Shown: in pieces, positions 20,238 to 29,113 of the stretch
Numbering within the stretch: the stretch's first letter is position 1
Layout: each line of letters begins with the position of its first letter
DNA from: a bacterium
GTDB lineage: Bacteria > SAR324 > XYD2-FULL-50-16 > G965216635
Length of the DNA stretch: 64,000 nucleotides
Direction: 5' to 3'
Assembly: GCA_965216635.1 (NCBI GenBank)
Contig: OZ244188.1
Span: forward strand, 128,001-192,000
Translations under genes and position numbers: made by a program
Notes under the pieces: model-generated
Database searches by the model: none
What the model was told of the DNA's origin: nothing
Seen by the model: only the letters and a program-made list of their open reading frames with translations

Positions 20238-21491
20238 ATGCAAGAAGTAACAAAAAGGGCGTTAAATAGCTCTCTTAAAAATTGTGAGACAAAATTAGCT
20301 CAATTTAACCAACGGGCTGGTTTTCAACGGGCGAGTTTTCGTGGAGCGTTATTGCTAGGTGCGGTTTTGTTGAGTTTGCTATTTGTAGGTAATCTGCAAG
20401 CACAGAGCAGCGTTAGCACAAAACAGGGATTTTTCGCGGGTATTGTCTATCTACAAGGATTCGGAGTAGATACCACAAAAACTAGCACAAGCTCTGCTAC
20501 TGGCTATGAAATCACTGGCTATGGAGAGGCAACCACTGGAATAGATTTAACTGGTGGAAATCCTAACTGGCCTACTGCAACAGCAACTGGAATGAGAGCT
20601 TTACTAAAAGCAAACTGTGAAACAGGAATAACGAGGATTACACAAACAGATGGAAATTACTTTTTCCCCGTGAGTACCTTTAGCTCTTTTAATGAGATTA
20701 AGGATGCTACTGTAACATCCCTAGACAGTGTTACTGGAGTTCGATTTAGAAATGGAAAAGACCCAAGTGAAGACTCCCATTGTCGTAGGCATTTTTACGG
20801 TGATCTTTCCTCTGGAAGAACCGCTATTAATTTTTCTGCCTATGAGATAGCGACTCCAGATTCGCTTTCAAAATCCCCTCTCCCCAGCACAGAGAGCGAC
20901 GCACTCAACGGTGTCGGTCTGCAAGTCGGCTGGCGAGGAGAAAAATGGAGAGCCTCCTTGACTCACTTTACTGGCAAGGGTGGAGCTAACGAGCTCGTCA
21001 ATACAGTGGTGATGGCGGAGTATTTTTTTCACGAGGAGTTTTTTGCAGGAGGCGGTCTAGCGAGTATGAAGCTTACCAATGGCTCTACTAGTGCTTCGGC
21101 TACTAGTCCCGTGTTAACGGTAGGCTATAAGGAGAACTTAACTCCCAACCTATTCTTTAATATTAGCTTGACGAAGTATATCTCGGGGGTTTCTCTGAGC
21201 CGTTCTGCTCCAGCTTCTGCTCCGATTCCCACTGGCAGAACTTTTAGCGAAACACAGACTGCACGCGGTGATTCAGCCTTTCTTGGAGGCCTAGTTTATA
21301 TAAATGACAGGGGAAGTGCATTTAAATTCAGTTATGATGTTGGTGCTATTGTAGATAGCAGAATAGAAGTAACCCAAGTCCGCACAAGAGATGTGGAAAT
21401 ACAAGAAGTTGAAATTCCAGCAGCGGAGAAAATTGAAGCTGAAATCAAAGCCCCCGTAGTCGTCAGCATTTCCCTGCTTTGGCGCTTTTAA
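20238..21491 (+). CDS. Variable outer-membrane beta-barrel protein, paralog 1
   Basis: Signal peptide ending NLQA, 8 amphipathic strands, C-terminal SLLWRF beta-signal. Confidence 0.85.
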   Translation: MQEVTKRALNSSLKNCETKLAQFNQRAGFQRASFRGALLLGAVLLSLLFVGNLQAQSSVSTKQGFFAGIVYLQGFGVDTTKTSTSSATGYEITGYGEATTGIDLTGGNPNWPTATATGMRALLKANCETGITRITQTDGNYFFPVSTFSSFNEIKDATVTSLDSVTGVRFRNGKDPSEDSHCRRHFYGDLSSGRTAINFSAYEIATPDSLSKSPLPSTESDALNGVGLQVGWRGEKWRASLTHFTGKGGANELVNTVVMAEYFFHEEFFAGGGLASMKLTNGSTSASATSPVLTVGYKENLTPNLFFNISLTKYISGVSLSRSAPASAPIPTGRTFSETQTARGDSAFLGGLVYINDRGSAFKFSYDVGAIVDSRIEVTQVRTRDVEIQEVEIPAAEKIEAEIKAPVVVSISLLWRF

Positions 21492-21597
21492 CAGAGTTGT
21501 TGAAAAAAATGCAAAATTCTTTTTTTTTGTTTGCTTTTAATTTTTTTTCAGTTATATTTCTAATTTTAATCTCTTCTAACTTTTATTAAATATTATT

Positions 21598-22902
21598 ATG
21601 CAAGAAGTAACAAAAAGAGCGTTAAAAACACCTCTTAAAAATTGTGAGACAAAAGTAGCCCAATTTAATCAACGGGCTGGTTTTCAATGGGCTGGTTTTC
21701 AATGGGCTGGTTTTCAATGGGCTGGCTTCAAATGGAATGGCGTTGTATTGCTAGGTGCGATTTTGTTGAGTTTGCTATTTGTAGGTAATCTGCAAGCACA
21801 GAGCAGCGTTAGCACAAAACAGGGATTTTTCGCGGGTATTGTTTATCTACAAGGATTCGGAGTAGATACCACAAAAACTAGCACAAGCTCTGCTACTGGC
21901 TATGAAATCACTGGCTATTCAAACGACGAAACTAGAATAGACGCAACAGGTGGGAATATTTATTTGAATAAGATAGTACTAACTAGCATCAGAGTTTTAT
22001 TCAAAGAAAACTGTGAAGCAGGAACAACGAGTATTACACAAACAGGTGGAGATGCAAATTCAAATGGAAATTACTATTTTGCCTCGAAGCACTTCAGCTC
22101 TTTTAATGAGATTAAGGATGCTACTGAAACAGCCAAGGGAGGCACTATTGTTGAAACTGGATTTAGAAATGGAACAGTGGCAACTCATGACTCCTATTGT
22201 CGCAGGTACTTTTACGGAGATCTTTCCTCTGGAAGAACCACTATTAGTTTTTCTGCCTATGAGATAGCGACTCCAGATTCGCCTTCAAAACCCCCCGTCA
22301 CCAGCACAGAGAGCGACGCACTCAACGGTGTCGGTCTGCAAGTCGGCTGGCGAGGAGAAAAATGGAGAGCCTCTCTGACTCACTTTACTGGCAAGGGTGG
22401 AGCTAACGAGCTCGTCAATACAGTGGTGATGGCGGAGTATTTTTTTCACGAGGAGTTTTTTGCAGGAGGCGGTCTAGCGAGTATGAAACTTACCAATGGA
22501 TCTACTAGCGCCTCGGCTACTAGTCCCGTGTTAACGGTAGGCTATAAGGAGAACTTAACTCCCAACCTATTCTTTAATATTAGCTTGACGAAGTATATCT
22601 CGGGTATTTCTCTGAGCCGTTCTACTAATCCAGCTCAGATTCCCACTGGCGCCCCTCTTATAAGAAAAACACAGACTAAAGATGGTGATACAGTGTACAT
22701 TGGAGGAATAGTTGAGAGGAATGAAGCACGGTTTCGATATAGCTCCGCATTAGAAAGTGTGTCAGATTCCAGAATAGAAGCAACCCAAGTCCGTAGCCGA
22801 GATGTGGAAATACAACAAGTCACAACTCCAGCAGCGCAGAAGATAGAAGCCGAAATCAAAGCCCCCGTAGTCGTCAGCATTTCCCTGCTGTGGCGCTTTT
22901 AA
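21598..22902 (+). CDS. Variable outer-membrane beta-barrel protein, paralog 2
   Basis: Same framework as paralog 1; AGFQW repeats in the leader. Confidence 0.85.
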   Translation: MQEVTKRALKTPLKNCETKVAQFNQRAGFQWAGFQWAGFQWAGFKWNGVVLLGAILLSLLFVGNLQAQSSVSTKQGFFAGIVYLQGFGVDTTKTSTSSATGYEITGYSNDETRIDATGGNIYLNKIVLTSIRVLFKENCEAGTTSITQTGGDANSNGNYYFASKHFSSFNEIKDATETAKGGTIVETGFRNGTVATHDSYCRRYFYGDLSSGRTTISFSAYEIATPDSPSKPPVTSTESDALNGVGLQVGWRGEKWRASLTHFTGKGGANELVNTVVMAEYFFHEEFFAGGGLASMKLTNGSTSASATSPVLTVGYKENLTPNLFFNISLTKYISGISLSRSTNPAQIPTGAPLIRKTQTKDGDTVYIGGIVERNEARFRYSSALESVSDSRIEATQVRSRDVEIQQVTTPAAQKIEAEIKAPVVVSISLLWRF

Positions 22903-23009
22903 CAGAATTGTTGAAAAAAATGCAAAATTCTTTTTTTTTATTTTCTTTTTTATTTTTTTTCAGTTATATTTCTATTTTTACCTTCTTCTAACCTTTATTA
23001 AATATTATT

Positions 23010-24353
23010 ATGCAAGAAGTAACAAAAAGGGCGTTAAAAACACCTCTTAAAAATTGTGAGACAAAAGTAGCTCAGGCTGGTTTTCAATGGGCTAACCAAT
23101 GGGCTAATCAACGGGCTGGTTTTCAATGGGCTAATCAACGGGCTGGATTCCAATGGAATGGCGTTGTATTGCTAGGTGCGGTTTTGTTGAGTTTGCTATT
23201 TGTAGGTAATCTGCAAGCACAGAGCCCCAATGGAAACACAAAACAGGGATTTTTCGCGGGTATTGTTTATCTACAAGGATTCGGAGTAGATACCACAAAA
23301 ACTAGCACAAGCTCTGCTACTGGCTATGAAATCACTGGCTATTCAAATGACGAAACTAGAATAGACGCAACCTCTGGATTGTCTTATTGGGATACCCCAG
23401 CGGGGACGACAGCCGGAATTGGAGCTAGAGCTTTAATAGCGGCAAACTGTGAACGTGATGCAACAAATACTACATATCTAGGTGAAAATTATTATCTTCC
23501 AAGAAATTTCTATTTCTTCGATTCTTTTGATCCTGGTGCGAAACAGTCTTTAGCTGATATTAATAGTTCAATGAATGATGCTACTGTTACTTTTAATGAC
23601 GACACTATTTCTAGTAGAATCTTTCGTTCAGGATTGGTAGCTGGAGAAACATCCTATTGTAAAACTTACTTTGATAGCCTTCCCCAAATTAATTTTTCTG
23701 CCTATGATGTAACTCCAGATTCGCCTTCAAAACCCCCCGTCACCAGCACAGAGAGCAACGCACTCAACGGTGTTGGTCTGCAATTCGGCTGGCGAGGAGA
23801 AAAATGGAGAGCCTCCTTGACTCACTTTACTGGCAAAGGTGGAGCTAACGAGCTCGTCAATACAGTGGTGATGGCGGAGTATTTTTTTCACGAGGAGTTT
23901 TTTGTAGGAGGCGGTCTAGCGAGTATGAAGCTTACCAATGGCTCTACTAGCGCCTCGGCTACTAGTCCCGTGATCACGGTAGGCTATAAGGAGAACTTAA
24001 CTCCCAACCTATTCTTTAATATTAGCTTGACAAAGTATATCTCGGGTATTTCTCTGAGCCGTTCTACTAGTCCTACAGCTACTAACAAAACTTTTACCCG
24101 CACACAGACTGAACGCGGTAAAGATAGTCATAAAGCAACGATTGGTAGCAGAATCACAGTTCCTGCTAATCGGCAAAGCGGGGTAGGCGCTATTTTTCAA
24201 CAAGCAGCAGGTCCTGATAATAGAATAGAAGTAACCCAATTCCGCAGCAGAGATGTGGAAATAGAAGAAGTCACAACTCCAGCAACGCAGAAGATAGAAG
24301 CTGAAATCAAAGCCCCCGTAGTCGTCAGCATTTCCCTGCTGTGGCGCTTTTAA
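23010..24353 (+). CDS. Variable outer-membrane beta-barrel protein, paralog 3
   Basis: Same framework; most divergent loops. Confidence 0.85.
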   Translation: MQEVTKRALKTPLKNCETKVAQAGFQWANQWANQRAGFQWANQRAGFQWNGVVLLGAVLLSLLFVGNLQAQSPNGNTKQGFFAGIVYLQGFGVDTTKTSTSSATGYEITGYSNDETRIDATSGLSYWDTPAGTTAGIGARALIAANCERDATNTTYLGENYYLPRNFYFFDSFDPGAKQSLADINSSMNDATVTFNDDTISSRIFRSGLVAGETSYCKTYFDSLPQINFSAYDVTPDSPSKPPVTSTESNALNGVGLQFGWRGEKWRASLTHFTGKGGANELVNTVVMAEYFFHEEFFVGGGLASMKLTNGSTSASATSPVITVGYKENLTPNLFFNISLTKYISGISLSRSTSPTATNKTFTRTQTERGKDSHKATIGSRITVPANRQSGVGAIFQQAAGPDNRIEVTQFRSRDVEIEEVTTPATQKIEAEIKAPVVVSISLLWRF

Positions 24354-24362
24354 TAGAGTTGT

Positions 24363-24538
24363 GTAGGCACCGAATCACCTAAACTTTTGAATTTGCATTC
24401 TGTTTAGCCTATGCAGCGTTAAAAAAAAATTTTAACTCTTGAAATATTACATATATTCCTGCGAGCTAAAATTTTTTTTTGCCTTGCCTAGCCGTCACAT
24501 AACGCAAATTCAAAGGTCTATTACCTAAACTCGGTGCC
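24363..24538. mobile_element. MITE inserted in a GTAG REP-like hairpin
   Basis: Arms ggcaccga / tcggtgcc flank a MITE (cttttgaatttgc...gcaaattcaaaggtcta) with acctaaac on both sides. Confidence 0.65.
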
Positions 24539-24805
24539 ATTCAAAAAACCACCTCCCCGCCAAACCGCATCCCCTCCAAAAACACCTAAAAAAACAAAAT
24601 TGCAGGGACATTTTTTTTGCTTTTCGTGAAAACAAAAAAAACACAAAGCTCTCACTAAAAATAAACCCTTGCATTAAGTTATATTTTGGCTAAACTAGGA
24701 AAATTTTAAAAAAAGATAAAAAGTTATGTTTTTTTTGTTTGCTTTTAATTTTTTTTCAGTTATATTTCTATTTTTACCTTCTTCTAACCTTTATTAAATA
24801 TTATT

Positions 24806-26089
24806 ATGCAAGAAGTAACAAAAAGGGCGTTAAATAGCTCTCTTAAAAATTGTGAGACAAAAGTAGCTCAGGCTGGTTTTCAATGGGCTAATCAACGGGC
24901 TGGATTCCAATGGAATGGCGTTGTATTGCTAGGTGCGGTTTTGTTGAGTTTGCTATTTGTAGGTAATCTGAAAGCACAAACCCAAAATGGTTCCAATGGA
25001 AGCACAAAACAGGGATTTTTCGCTGGTATTGTCTATCTACAAGGATTCGGAGTAGATACCACAAAAAGCAGCACAAACTCTGCTACTGGCTATAGAATCA
25101 AATATTCAAACGATATTACTGGAATAGACGCAACAGGTGGGAATCATACGTTGAGCCCTTTACTTTTACTAACTAGCATCAGAGCTTTATTCAAAGAAAA
25201 CTGTGAAGAAGGAACAACGAATTTTACACAAACGGGTGGACAAGCAAATTCAAATGGAAATTACTATTTTACCAGGGATTACTTCGTATCTTTTAATGAG
25301 ATTAAGGATGCTACTGTAATAGAATTTGTAGACCCTATTGCTCGAACTAGATTTAACAATGGAAAAGTGGTAACTCATGACTCCTATTGTCGCAGGTACT
25401 TTTACGGTGATCTTTCCTCCACTAGAACCCCTATTAATCTTCCTGATCCTGATGTGACTGCAGATTCGCTTTCAAAACCCCCCGTCACCAGCACAGAGAG
25501 CGATGCACTCAACGGTATCGGTCTGCAAGTCGGCTGGCGAGGGGAAAAATGGAGAGCCTCTCTGACTCACTTCACTGGCAAAGGTGGAGCTAACGAGCTC
25601 GCCAATACAGTGGTAATGGCGGATTATTTTTTTCACGAGAAATTTTTTGCAGGAGGCGGTCTAGCGAGTATGAAGCTTACCAATGGTTCAACTAGCGCCT
25701 CGGCTACTAGCCCCGTGGTTCAAGTAGGCTATAAGGAAAACTTAACTCCCAACCTATTCTTTAATATTAGCTTGACAAAGTATATCTCGGGTATTTCTCT
25801 GAGCCGTTCTACTAATCCAGCTCCGATTCCCACTGGCGCCCCTCTTATTAGAAAAACACAGACTAAAGATGGTGATACAGTATTCATTGGAGGAACAGTT
25901 ACTAGAATTGACAGGTCGAATCAATATAACTCCTTATTTAGCAGTGTGTTAGATTCCAGAATAGAAGTAACCCAAGTCCGCAGCCGAGATGTGGAAATAC
26001 AACAAGTCACAACTCCAGCAGCGCAGAAGATAGAAGCCGAAATCAAAGCCCCCGTAGTCGTCAGCATTTCCCTGCTTTGGCGCTTTTAA
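24806..26089 (+). CDS. Variable outer-membrane beta-barrel protein, paralog 4
   Basis: Same framework; loops most similar to paralog 2. Confidence 0.85.
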   Translation: MQEVTKRALNSSLKNCETKVAQAGFQWANQRAGFQWNGVVLLGAVLLSLLFVGNLKAQTQNGSNGSTKQGFFAGIVYLQGFGVDTTKSSTNSATGYRIKYSNDITGIDATGGNHTLSPLLLLTSIRALFKENCEEGTTNFTQTGGQANSNGNYYFTRDYFVSFNEIKDATVIEFVDPIARTRFNNGKVVTHDSYCRRYFYGDLSSTRTPINLPDPDVTADSLSKPPVTSTESDALNGIGLQVGWRGEKWRASLTHFTGKGGANELANTVVMADYFFHEKFFAGGGLASMKLTNGSTSASATSPVVQVGYKENLTPNLFFNISLTKYISGISLSRSTNPAPIPTGAPLIRKTQTKDGDTVFIGGTVTRIDRSNQYNSLFSSVLDSRIEVTQVRSRDVEIQQVTTPAAQKIEAEIKAPVVVSISLLWRF

Positions 26090-26128
26090 CAGAAAAAAAC
26101 CTACAATGGATGTTGCAAAGCATAACAT

Positions 26129-26235
26129 GTAGAGACGCCCTACACGGGCGTCTTATATGATGTGCATAAACCACAAAAAAAACTATTTTAATAAAAGTTC
26201 TGAATTTATGAGACGCTCGTATAGAGCGTCTCTAC
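26129..26235. repeat. REPIN-like inverted pair of GTAG REP hairpins
   Basis: gtag-agacgccctacacgggcgtct ... agacgctcgtatagagcgtct-ctac. Confidence 0.7.
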
Positions 26236-26420
26236 AGACCTACATAAAATAAAAAATAACGCCCCGCATTTCCCCAAACATCTTCTTAAGAACGGGGACA
26301 CATTTTTACCCAAAATGGTTGAATAAGCAAAAAATAACGTTCCCGCAAAAACACCTAAAAAACAAAATTGCAGTGGGCATTTTTTTAATTTTGCCCTATA
26401 ATCTTTTTATTTTTTGGGGC

Positions 26421-26449
26421 TTGACTTCACTAGAATAGTTTGCTAAAAT
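26421..26449 (+). promoter_or_regulatory. Putative sigma70 promoter of coiled-coil array 1
   Basis: TTGACT-N17-TAAAAT with an extended TG; near-identical copy at 63585-63613 on the minus strand. Confidence 0.65.
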
Positions 26450-26500
26450 AAAACAACCAAAATAAAATGTTAAGAAAAATAAAATGTTAAGAAAAATAAA

Positions 26501-27022
26501 ATGTTAAGAACAACTACCGCACAAAAATTTACTTCTACTAAAATCTACGATCTTTTGATTGGACTAGGTGCAGAAAAAAAGAGCGCAGAGATTGCTATTG
26601 GAGAGTTTGTAGAACTGGTCCCAAAAGCTTTGGCTTCTAGTACAACAGAAACTGGTTTGGATACCACTCTTCCTACGGACAAAGGGGATATCTGGAGATT
26701 AGAATCCATCATTTCAGACAACAAAAGCGATACAGACATAAAACTGAAAGAAATTGAGAAGGAAATAGTAAAAATCAAAAGCAACCTAAAAGAAACTATA
26801 GCAAAAACCAAAAGCGACCTAAAAGAAACTATAGCAAAAATCGAAAGCAACTTAAAAGAAACTATAGCAAAAAACAAAAGCGATACCGATTTAAAAATAG
26901 AAATGATGAGAACAGAAGCAGAAAAAAACAAAAACGCTCTATTGATTATAGGAATTTCAACACAGCTAGCAGTTGGTGGGCTGGTTGTGGCTGTATTACA
27001 GCTTTTAAAAGTTTTGACTTAA
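26501..27022 (+). CDS. DUF1640/CCDC90/Bdr-like membrane-anchored coiled-coil protein A1
   Basis: Conserved head, PTDKGDI neck, 11-aa repeat stalk, C-terminal TM helix. Confidence 0.85.
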   Translation: MLRTTTAQKFTSTKIYDLLIGLGAEKKSAEIAIGEFVELVPKALASSTTETGLDTTLPTDKGDIWRLESIISDNKSDTDIKLKEIEKEIVKIKSNLKETIAKTKSDLKETIAKIESNLKETIAKNKSDTDLKIEMMRTEAEKNKNALLIIGISTQLAVGGLVVAVLQLLKVLT

Positions 27023-27107
27023 TAAAGTAGCAGAAAAGTTTAGCTTATCTGCAAAATGTATTTTGGCGAGGGGATATTTTTTGGGGGCATTGACTTTAAA
27101 AGGAGAA

Positions 27108-27177
27108 TTTGCCAAAATAAGTTTGCCAAAATAAGTTTGCCAAAATAAGTTTGCCAAAATAAGTTTGCCAAAATAAG
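27108..27177 (+). repeat. 5 x 14-bp VNTR overlapping a putative -10 box
   Basis: tttgccaaaataag five times downstream of TTGACT; only two copies at 28436-28463. Confidence 0.95.
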
Positions 27178-27251
27178 TTTGATTGCTATGATCTTTTTAG
27201 GTAGAATTTATAAAAATAAAACAACCAGCTATAAAAACCTTTAAAAATAAA

Positions 27252-27788
27252 ATGTTAAGAACAACTACAGCACAAAAATTTACTTCTACTAAAATCTACG
27301 ATCTTTTGATTGGACTAGGTGCAGAAAAAAAGAGCGCAGAGATTGCTATTGGAGAGTTTGTAGAACTGGTCCCAAAAGCTTTGGCTTCTAGTACAACAGA
27401 AAATGGTTTGGATGTCACTCTTCCTACGGACAAAGGGGATATCTGGAGATTGGAATCCATCATTTCAGACAACAAGAACGATACAGACAGAATAATAACA
27501 GAGAACAGAAACGACCTAGAAAGAATAATAACAGACAATAAAAATGATACAGACCTAAAACTGAAAGATATTGAGAGTAAAATCGTAAAAACCAAAAGCG
27601 ACTTGATAAGAATAATAACAGACAATAAAAATGATACAGACCTGAAATTTAAGGATATAGATTTAAAAATAGAAAGGATGAGAACAGAAGTAGAAAAAAA
27701 CAAAAACGCTCTATTGATTATAGGAATTTCAACACAGCTAGCAGTTGGTGGGCTGGTTGTGGCTATTTTACAATTTTTACAAAACTAA
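27252..27788 (+). CDS. Membrane-anchored coiled-coil protein A2
   Basis: Paralog of A1. Confidence 0.85.
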   Translation: MLRTTTAQKFTSTKIYDLLIGLGAEKKSAEIAIGEFVELVPKALASSTTENGLDVTLPTDKGDIWRLESIISDNKNDTDRIITENRNDLERIITDNKNDTDLKLKDIESKIVKTKSDLIRIITDNKNDTDLKFKDIDLKIERMRTEVEKNKNALLIIGISTQLAVGGLVVAILQFLQN

Positions 27789-27795
27789 AAATAAA

Positions 27796-28350
27796 ATGTT
27801 AAGAACAGCTACGACACAAAAATTTACTTCTACCAAAATCTACGATCTTTTGATTGGACTAGGTGCAGAAAAAAAGAAAGCAGAGATTGCTATTGGAGAG
27901 TTTGTAGAACTGAGACCAAAAGCTTTGGCTTCTAGTACAACAGAAACGGGTTTGGATACCACTCTTCCTACGGACAAAGGGGATATCTGGAGATTGGAAT
28001 CTATCATTTCAGAGAACAAGAACGATACAGATATAAAACTGAAAGATATTGAGAGTAAAATCGTAGAAACCAAAAGCGACCTAGAAAAAACTATAGCAAA
28101 AACCAAAAGCGACCTAGAAAAAACTATAGCAAAAATCGAAAGCAACCTAAAAGAAACTATAGCAAAAATCGAAAGCAACTTAAAAGAAACTATAGCAAAA
28201 AATAAAAGCGATACCGATTTAAAAATAGAAATGATGAGAACAGAAGTAGAAAAAAACAAAAACGCTTTATTGATTATAGGAATTTCAACACAGCTAGCAG
28301 TTGGTGGGCTGGTTGTGGCTGCATTACAGCTTTTAAAAGTTTTGACTTAA
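27796..28350 (+). CDS. Membrane-anchored coiled-coil protein A3
   Basis: Paralog; start moved to ATG 27796 by homology. Confidence 0.85.
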   Translation: MLRTATTQKFTSTKIYDLLIGLGAEKKKAEIAIGEFVELRPKALASSTTETGLDTTLPTDKGDIWRLESIISENKNDTDIKLKDIESKIVETKSDLEKTIAKTKSDLEKTIAKIESNLKETIAKIESNLKETIAKNKSDTDLKIEMMRTEVEKNKNALLIIGISTQLAVGGLVVAALQLLKVLT

Positions 28351-28536
28351 TAAAGTAGCAGAAAAGTTTAGCTTATCTGCAAAATGTATTTTGGTGAGGG
28401 GATATTTTTTTGGGGCATTGACTTTAAAAGGAGAATTTGCCAAAATAAGTTTGCCAAAATAAGTTTGATTGCTATGATGTTTTTAGTAGAATTTATAAAA
28501 ATAAAACAACCAAAATAAAAACTTTTAAAAAATAAA

Positions 28537-29106
28537 ATGTTAAGAACAACTACAGCACAAAACTTTACTTCTACTAAAATCTACGATCTTTTGATTGGAC
28601 TAGGTGCAGAAAAAAAGAAAGCAGAGATTGCTATTGGAGAGTTTGTAGAACTGAGACCAAAAGCTTTGGCTTCTAGTACAACAGAAACTGGTTTGGATGT
28701 CACTCTTCCTACGGACAAAGGGGATATCTGGAGATTGGAATCTATCATTTCAGAGAACAAGAACGATACAGATATAAAACTGAAAGATATTGAGAGTAAA
28801 ATCGTAGAAACCAAAAGTAACCTAGAAAAAATAATAACAGAAAACAGAAACGACCTAGAAAAAATAATAACAAAAAACAGAAACGACCTAGAAAAAATAA
28901 TAACAGACAACAGAAACGACCTAGAAAGAATAATAACAGACAATAAAAATGATACAGACCTGAAATTTAAGGATATAGATTTAAAAATAGAAAGGATGAG
29001 AACAGAAGTAGAAAAAAACAAAAACGCTCTGTTATTCTGGGGTGTGACAGCCCAGCTGACTATTGGTGGGTTGGTTGTGACTATACTACAATTTTTACAA
29101 AACTAA
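28537..29106 (+). CDS. Membrane-anchored coiled-coil protein A4
   Basis: Paralog with four LE(K/R)IITxN(R/K)ND-type repeats. Confidence 0.85.
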   Translation: MLRTTTAQNFTSTKIYDLLIGLGAEKKKAEIAIGEFVELRPKALASSTTETGLDVTLPTDKGDIWRLESIISENKNDTDIKLKDIESKIVETKSNLEKIITENRNDLEKIITKNRNDLEKIITDNRNDLERIITDNKNDTDLKFKDIDLKIERMRTEVEKNKNALLFWGVTAQLTIGGLVVTILQFLQN

Positions 29107-29113
29107 AAATAAA

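Noticed and set aside
20150..24760. Poly-T tracts upstream of OMP genes as phase-variation switches
   Set aside because: Only 8-9 T, a length common throughout this AT-rich window, and outside the -35/-10 spacer
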